From: Methanomassiliicoccales archaeon
GTDB lineage: Archaea; Thermoplasmatota; Thermoplasmata; Methanomassiliicoccales; UBA472
Length of the DNA: 64,000 nt
Assembly: GCA_035527755.1 (NCBI GenBank)
Contig: DATKZX010000008.1
Coordinates: 75,186 to 139,185 of the forward strand
Direction of reading: 5' to 3'
The position numbers and the translations under genes are program-made. The notes under the pieces were generated by a model. The model was given only the letters and a program-made list of their open reading frames with translations. It did not search any database and had not been told where the DNA came from. Shown here in pieces: positions 60,726-64,000 of the stretch (positions are counted from its first letter, which is position 1; every line of letters begins with the position of its first letter).

Positions 60726-61745
60726 TCAGGCCTCCTTTGAAGCTACGAAAGGCTTCCGTTCCTTGACCTTCCGTTTGATGATCGATGCTGGCATGGTGAA
60801 TGCATAGAAGGTTCCCAGCGGGTCCTTGACTTGAGCCATCAGCTCCAGGATGTTATCCTCGGAGAGCTGGGATTCATCATTGCCTATGGAGAAGATCGAA
60901 GCCAATGCGCTGAGCATGCTTCCACCCTGGTCCATGACCTCGGCGGTCGGTCCCATGCAGCCACGGCAAGGCTGGTTGGCCGCGAGGCACTTCGCCCCGC
61001 AACCGGCCCTGGTGGACGGTCCCAGGCATATGACTCCCTGGTCCAGCATGCACTTTTCGGGATCGATGTCGATATCGAAAGGCATGTTGATCTTATCCAC
61101 CTTCTTCATGGTCCTGGTCCTGGGGCATTCGTCACAAAGCGCTTTCTGGGAGGCGATCACGGAGCCCTTAGGGGGCAACGGGGCGCCTTCCTTGACGTGC
61201 TTCTCCACTATGTCCAGGAACTCTTTGATCAAGTTGGTGGTCGGCGGGCAGCCTGGCATAAAATAATCGACGTCGATGACCTGGTCTAAGGTCAGGACGG
61301 TGTCATAGAGCAGGGGTAGGGTCACTTCCCCCTCGGGGGCCTGGTAGCTTACCTGAGGGTAGACCTTCTCCACGTTGTCCGATGTGGGTGTCTTCGTGTA
61401 CACATACTCTAAGAGATCCTTCCTGTTGGTCACGTTCGCCAGTCCGGGAATTCCTCCGAAGCAGGCGCAGGAACCGAATGAGACCACTATCTGGGATTTT
61501 CGTCTCAGTAGCTTGGCCACATGCTCGTTCTCACTGCTTCTCACTGCCCCGTTGTATAACGTGGCGGTGATGTAACCATCAGGCATCGCCTCGACGTCCT
61601 TGAGCTTGGCATCCACGGCGATCGGCCAGAAAACGATATCAGCCATCTCGGCCACGCCTAGGATCTTCTCATCAATGTCTAGCAGGGCCACATCGCAGCC
61701 TCCGCAACCGGCACCCCAATATTGTGCGATCCTTATCTTTGCCAT
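60726..61745 (-). CDS. mvhG: F420-non-reducing hydrogenase small subunit
   Basis: AQYWGAGCGGCDVALLD, GSCACFGG and distal-cluster Cys motifs. Position between mvhD and mvhA. Confidence 0.85.
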   Translation of the reverse strand: MAKIRIAQYWGAGCGGCDVALLDIDEKILGVAEMADIVFWPIAVDAKLKDVEAMPDGYITATLYNGAVRSSENEHVAKLLRRKSQIVVSFGSCACFGGIPGLANVTNRKDLLEYVYTKTPTSDNVEKVYPQVSYQAPEGEVTLPLLYDTVLTLDQVIDVDYFMPGCPPTTNLIKEFLDIVEKHVKEGAPLPPKGSVIASQKALCDECPRTRTMKKVDKINMPFDIDIDPEKCMLDQGVICLGPSTRAGCGAKCLAANQPCRGCMGPTAEVMDQGGSMLSALASIFSIGNDESQLSEDNILELMAQVKDPLGTFYAFTMPASIIKRKVKERKPFVASKEA

Positions 61746-61769
61746 TTGTTTACCTCCTTAGGGTGAGAA

Positions 61770-62225
61770 TCACTCCTCGTTTATGGGGTTCGGCCCCATT
61801 TCAGTTACAGTCTGGTTGAACTCCTTGATCGTCTGCTGGAACTTGATCCCCTCAGATGCGGAGACCCATTCCAGTTTCAGGCGATCAGGGTTAAAGCCAT
61901 ATTGCTCCAACAGCACGCGGAGCAGGGCGATCCTCCTCCTGGTACGGTAGTTGCCGCCGATGTAGTGACAGTCGGCGGGGTGGCAGCCTAGGACCAGAAC
62001 ACCGTCGGCCCCCTTGGCGAAGGCACGCAGGACGAACTCGGGGTCCACCCTGGCGGAGCACATGGTCCTGATGACCCGGAAGTTGGTAGGCATTTGCAGC
62101 CTGGAAACCCCGGCCAGGTCGGCCCCGGCATAGGAGCACCAGTTACAGCAGAACACCAACAGTTTGGGTTCCCATGCCCCGGCCTCTGCGGCAGGGGCGC
62201 TCTCGGCTTGAGCTTGGTCAGACAT
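61770..62225 (-). CDS. mvhD: methyl-viologen-reducing hydrogenase delta subunit
   Basis: LVFCCNWCSYAGADLAG, LGCHPADCHY. The ATG overlaps the hdrA TAA by 1 nt (TAATG). Confidence 0.9.
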   Translation of the reverse strand: MSDQAQAESAPAAEAGAWEPKLLVFCCNWCSYAGADLAGVSRLQMPTNFRVIRTMCSARVDPEFVLRAFAKGADGVLVLGCHPADCHYIGGNYRTRRRIALLRVLLEQYGFNPDRLKLEWVSASEGIKFQQTIKEFNQTVTEMGPNPINEE

Positions 62226-64000
62226 TACTTACCACCTCCAACCAGGGCAGAGTCGATCTGCGCATACATCTGGTTGTTCTTGAAGCCCTTCTGCTCCAAC
62301 GCTCCGGAGGGGCAGGCGGCCACGCAAGTTCCACATCCCATGCACAGACCTTCGTTGATGACCGCCTTGCGCTTCTCGTCTTTGGCTGGGTCACCGACTA
62401 TGGTGATGGCCTTGTACTCGCAGACCGGCTCGCATATGCCGCAGCCGTTGCAGACCGTCTCGTTCACCGCGGCGATTATGCCTTGGGTCTCCAGATGTTC
62501 CTTGGAGATGATGGTCATAGCCCTGGAAGCTGCACCGGAGGCCTGAGCCATGGACTCATCGATGAACTTCGGCCAGTGGGCCAGTCCAGCTAGGTAGATA
62601 CCAGCGGTGGCGAAGTCGACCGGCCTCAGTTTCATGTGTGCCTCAAGGAAATATTTGTCCTTGCTCAACGGGACCTTGCATATCTTGGCCAGATCCTCGT
62701 TATCATCGTTGGGTCGGATACCGACGCTGAGCACCAACATATCAGGTGTCAGCTGGACAGGGGCGCCTAGCACCACATCGTCCACCAGGACCTTCATGGC
62801 GTTTCCGTCCATGGTCATTTCAGGCATCTTGTTCTCCGGGAAACGGATGAACTTGACACCCAGCTCGCCAGCCTCCTTGTACAGGATCTCCCTGAAGCCA
62901 TAGGTCCTTATGTCCTTGTGCAGGACGTATACCTGGGCCTTGGGGTCCCTCTTCTTGATCTCGATGGCGTTCTTGACCGCCTTGGAGCAGCAGACACGGC
63001 TGCAATAGGGGGCCTCGTCGTTCCTAGAACCGACGCACTGGATCATGACCACGGTCTTGGCGTCGAACTTGCCGTCGACCATTACCTTCTCCAGTTCGTT
63101 CTGGGTGACCACTCCCTTGGCCTTGCCGTACATGTACTCCGTGGGCTCGTATGCCTTGGCCCCGGTAGCGACCACGATGGCGCCGGTCTCCAGCTCTTTG
63201 CCGCCGGTTACCTTCACCTTGAAGTTACCGACGAAGCCGGTCACATCCTCCACCCTGGTGTTCGTGTGAACGGTGATCTTGTCGTTGGCGCGCACCTTGG
63301 ACTCCAGGTCCTTGATGTACTGCCTGGGAGAGATACCTTCCTCAGCGGTGTACAGATTGTTCATCTGTCCGCCCATGACACCAGTGGCCTCCACTATGTC
63401 GACCTTGAATCCTTGGGCAGCGATGTCCATAGCGGCGGTCATACCGGCCAGTCCACCGCCGACCACGACGGCGGAATGGGTGACTGCCAGCTTGGACTTG
63501 CTCAAAGGCTCGAGGAACCGAGATTTCGCGATGGCCATCCTGGTAAGATCACTGGCCTTCTGGGTGGCCTTCTCCGGCTCATGCATGTGGATCCAGGAGC
63601 ACTGGTCACGGATGTTGGCCATCTCAAAGAGGAACGGGTTCAATCCCGCTTCCTTGATGGTGCTCTGGAATAGCGCTTCATGCGTCCTTGGGGTGCATGA
63701 TGAGACCACTACGCGATTCAGCTTATGCTCCTTGATCATCTGTTTTATGATCTCTTGGGTATCGGCGGAGCAGGTGTACTTGTTCTCCGCGGCGTAGACC
63801 ACATTGGGCAGGGTCTTGACATAGTCGACCACCGAGGGGACGTCCACAGTTCCACGGATGTTGATCCCGCAGTCGCAGACGAACACACCGATGCGGGGTT
63901 CCTGACCGGTCACGTCGATCTCAGGGGTCTCCTTGACCACAGTATCGATGCTCACCCTGTTGACGAACACATGTGCCCCGGCCTTGGCCGCGGCACCGCT
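62225..64000 (-). CDS. hdrA: heterodisulfide reductase subunit A (5' end at or beyond the window edge)
   Basis: RIGVFVCDCGINI, FAD motif VVVGGGLAGMTAA, and ferredoxin motifs CNGCGICEPVCE and CMGCGTCVAACP. The track start is GTG 63970, but the frame stays open to position 64000. Confidence 0.88.
   Translation of the reverse strand, partial: SGAAAKAGAHVFVNRVSIDTVVKETPEIDVTGQEPRIGVFVCDCGINIRGTVDVPSVVDYVKTLPNVVYAAENKYTCSADTQEIIKQMIKEHKLNRVVVSSCTPRTHEALFQSTIKEAGLNPFLFEMANIRDQCSWIHMHEPEKATQKASDLTRMAIAKSRFLEPLSKSKLAVTHSAVVVGGGLAGMTAAMDIAAQGFKVDIVEATGVMGGQMNNLYTAEEGISPRQYIKDLESKVRANDKITVHTNTRVEDVTGFVGNFKVKVTGGKELETGAIVVATGAKAYEPTEYMYGKAKGVVTQNELEKVMVDGKFDAKTVVMIQCVGSRNDEAPYCSRVCCSKAVKNAIEIKKRDPKAQVYVLHKDIRTYGFREILYKEAGELGVKFIRFPENKMPEMTMDGNAMKVLVDDVVLGAPVQLTPDMLVLSVGIRPNDDNEDLAKICKVPLSKDKYFLEAHMKLRPVDFATAGIYLAGLAHWPKFIDESMAQASGAASRAMTIISKEHLETQGIIAAVNETVCNGCGICEPVCEYKAITIVGDPAKDEKRKAVINEGLCMGCGTCVAACPSGALEQKGFKNNQMYAQIDSALVGGGK

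Noticed and set aside
62918-63673. 251-aa plus-strand ORF (and 63273-63797, 62094-62593) antisense to hdrA/mvhD
   Set aside because: Shadow ORFs. hdrA has FAD and 4Fe-4S motifs on the minus strand.

Overview
Archaeal chromosome segment, almost fully coding; spot counts give roughly 55-63% G+C in core genes. Markers present: PolD large subunit, aEF-1alpha, aEF-2, aIF2-beta, archaeosine tRNA-guanine transglycosylase, Pcc1, S8e, SRP19, RNA polymerase subunit D and an hdrA-mvhD-mvhG-mvhA cluster. The 23S rRNA gene (about 3.8-6.8 kb) and the 16S rRNA gene (about 48.7-50.2 kb) are physically unlinked, each bracketed by its own long-range processing helix. I found no 5S. Together these point to a Thermoplasmata-type, H2-dependent methanogen, possibly Methanomassiliicoccales-like. 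That assignment is inference; no database was searched. Core content: succinyl-CoA synthetase, nifB plus an IlvB-like ThDP enzyme, msrA, alaS, the S13-S4-S11-RpoD operon, the S12-S7-EF2-EF1alpha-S10 operon, ilvD, pyrG, nnr, three metallophosphoesterases, two tandem MscS channels, and three tRNAs (Ala-UGC, Gln-UUG, Ser-GCU). The only clearly accessory stretch is about 44.2-48.3 kb. It is an AT-richer islet lying 3' of tRNA-Ser. It carries two tandem paralogous small proteins of unknown function, a GC-rich Imm-5-like putative immunity protein, small membrane ORFs and a decayed secreted-protein gene. This islet is my best candidate for something undescribed, but the evidence is thin. Other points worth a second look: nifB with a fused NifX-like domain and no nitrogenase genes nearby; an HTH-Nudix fusion next to an Lrp regulator; an orphan Cys/His-rich 327-aa protein; a roughly 150-nt structured leader before the S13 operon; and an aIF2-beta-TRAM fusion. 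No CRISPR array, transposase or integrase was seen. RNA ends and start codons are estimated by eye (about +/-10-20 nt for rRNA ends). Many long ORFs in the track are antisense shadow ORFs of a GC-rich genome and were rejected.
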